Origin: Chthoniobacteraceae bacterium
GTDB taxonomy: Bacteria > Verrucomicrobiota > Verrucomicrobiia > Chthoniobacterales > Chthoniobacteraceae
Reading direction: 5' to 3'
Assembly: GCA_040081625.1 (NCBI GenBank)
Contig: JBEBGD010000001.1
Span: 129,748-193,747, forward strand
Length of the DNA: 64,000 nucleotides
The position numbers were made by a program, and so were the translations under genes. A model generated the notes under the pieces. The model was given only the letters and a program-made list of their open reading frames with translations, did not search any database and was not told the origin of the DNA. This document shows, in pieces, positions 51,401-54,400 of the stretch (the first letter of the stretch is position 1; each line of letters starts with the position of its first letter).

Positions 51401-54400
51401 CGGTCTCGCATGCTTCGCCGAAGAACTGGGTGCAGGCGACCGTGGGCGGCATGACCGACTACGCGGATGGATTCGCGCTCACCTTCGACGACACGGCGAC
51501 CGGCATCGCGCCGACGCTGAACGGCAGCGTCTCGCCGACTTCGGTGAGCTTCAACAACGTCGCGAAGAACTTCACGCTCGGCGGCATGGGCGGCATCGCG
51601 GGAGCGATCACGCTGCAAAAGACCGCGGCAGGTGGGCTCACCATCAGCACGCCCGGCAACACCTACAGCGGCGGCACGAACATCGCCGCCGGCACGCTCA
51701 CCATCGGCGCGAGCAGCACGGTGGTCGCGGGCGCGATCACGATGGGCCCGCTCGGCACCGGCACGCTCAGCATCGCCGCGGGCCTCACCGTCCGCGACGA
51801 CGGCTCGGCGCGCAGCGTCGCGAATGCGCTCAGCCTCGCTGGCGACACGACCTTCGCCTCCACCGGCGCGGGCAGCCTCACCTTCACCGGCGAAGTCGCC
51901 GCGAACACCGTCTCGCTCGCCGCAGCCAGCACGACGCTCACGGTCAACAACACGACCGCCATCCGGCAGCCGATCCCCGGCGCGGGCAAGAGCATCATCA
52001 AGACCGGCACCGGCACGCTCGTCCTCGCCGCGGCGAGCACCTTCGACGGTGGCATCGCCGTGAACTCGGGCGCGCTCGTGCTCGGCTCGAACAGCACCGG
52101 CTCCATCACCGACGGCCCCGCCGGCACCGGCACGATCTCGCTCGCGGGCGGCGTCTCGCTCGGCGGCGCGGCGACCAGCGTTGCGAACCCGGTCACCGCC
52201 GCGGGCGACGTGACCTTCGTCGGCACCACGGCGGCGGATAACCTCACGCTCACCGGCACCGTCTCGCTCTCCGCGGGCGCGCACGTGCTCACGGTCAGTG
52301 GCGCGGCGGTCACGACCACGATCAACGGCACGCTGACCGGCGGCACCGATCTGACCAAGGCTGGCGCGGGCACGCTCGTGCTCGGCGGTGCGAACACCTA
52401 CGGCGGCGCGACGACCGTCTCCGGCGGCACGTTGCGCGTCGGAAATGCCGCCGCGATCCCGGCGGCGACAGCGCTCACGGTCGGCACCGGCGTCCCAAGC
52501 GCCACGTTCGATCTCTTCGGCAACCCTGTGTCGGTCGCCTCGCTCACCGGCAACGGCTCCGGCATCGTCACCAACACCGGTGCCGCGGCGACGCTCACGA
52601 CTTCCTCCGGCAGCTTCCTCGGCGCGATCACGGGCCCGCTCGGTCTCGCAAAGACCGGCGGCGGCACGCTGACCCTTGGCGGCAGCAGCGTGAGCAACTT
52701 CACCGGCGCGGTGACCATCAGCGGCATCCTGAGCATCGCGAAGGACTCGGCGCTGGGTAGCATCGCGGCGGGCACGACGGTCAACGCCGACGGTTCCCTC
52801 GAACTTCAAAACGACATCACCGTCACCGGAGAATCCGTCGCCATCGGCGGCAGCGGCAGTTCCTCGAATGGCGCGCTGCGCAATCTCAGCGGCGACAACA
52901 CGCTCGACGGTCCGGTCACGATGGGCGCCGATTCCACGATCCAATCCGACGCGGGCAGCCTCGCGATCTCCGGCATCATCGACGAGACCGGCGGCGCACG
53001 CGTGCTGACGAAGACCGGCGCGGGCACGGTGGTCCTCGGCGGCACCAACACCTTCACCGGTGGCGTCGTCATCAACGCCGGCCGGCTCTCGATCAGCGCC
53101 GATGTGAACCTCGGCGCGGGTGGCGCGGGAGTGACCTTCGGCGGCGCCGGCACGCTCGCCGTCACCGGCGATGTGACGACCGTGCGCGCGGTCGCCGCGA
53201 ACGCAGCCTCGACCATAGAAGTCGCGGCGACGCGGACCGCGACGCTCGACGGCATCGTCTCCGGCACCGGCGGCAGCCTCATCAAGGCGGGCAGCGGCAC
53301 GCTCGTGCTCGGCAATATCGGCAACTCATATCAGGGCGGCACCTTCATCGCCGCGGGCACGCTCCAGATTTCCTCGAATCTGCAGCTCGGCGACCTCGCG
53401 GGTGGCGTCACCTTCAGCGGCCCCGGCACTCTCGCGGTCACCGACGACGTCACGTCCGGCCGCACCGTCAGCGTGAATGGCGCGGGCACGATCCAGGTCA
53501 GCGGCGGGAAGATCGTGACCTTGAACGGCGCGGTCGGCGGCAGCGGCGGCAGCCTCACCAAGGACGGCACCGGCACGCTGGTGCTCGGCAATGCGGCCAA
53601 CAACTACCAGGGCGGCACGACCATCAACTCGGGCACCGTCTCCGTCGGCTCGAACAGCAACCTCGGCGACACCTCCGGCGGCGTGACCTTCGCCGGCATC
53701 GGCACGCTCGCGCTCACCGACGACTTCTCGTCCGCGCGCGCCGTCACGATCAATGCCGACGGCACCATCGAAGTGGCCACCGGCAAGGGCGCGACCTTCG
53801 ACGGCGCAGTCGCGGGCACGAGTCGCCTCATCAAGACCGGCGGCGGCACGATCGTGCTCACCAATGCGGGCAACAGCTACCAGGGCGGCACGACCGTCGC
53901 CGCAGGCACAATCGTGATCACAGCGGACACCAGCCTCGGCAGCACGACCAGCGACATCACCTTCAGTGGCGACAGCACGCTGATGATCGCGGGGTCCTTC
54001 ACCGCGTCGCGTCCGGTCGTGATCAATGCCGCGACGACCGTCGATGTCACCCCGGCCAATGTCGCGACGTTGAATGGCGACGTCACCGGCACCGGCGGCA
54101 CGCTCATCAAGAGCGGCACCGGCACGCTCGTGCTCGGCAGCGCGGACAACTCCTACGAGGGCGGCACGACGATCAACGCCGGCACGCTCGGCGTGACCAG
54201 CAACGGCAGCCTCGGCGCACTCGCCAGTGGCGTGACCTTTGGCGGCACGGGCACGCTAGCGGTCCTCGAAAACCTCACGACCTCGCGCAGCGTCGCTGCC
54301 AATGCCGCCGCGACCGTGGAAGTCGCCGCAACGAAGACCGCGACCTTCAGCGGCGCGATCAGCGGCACGGGTGGCAGCTTTACGAAGACCGGCGCCGGCA

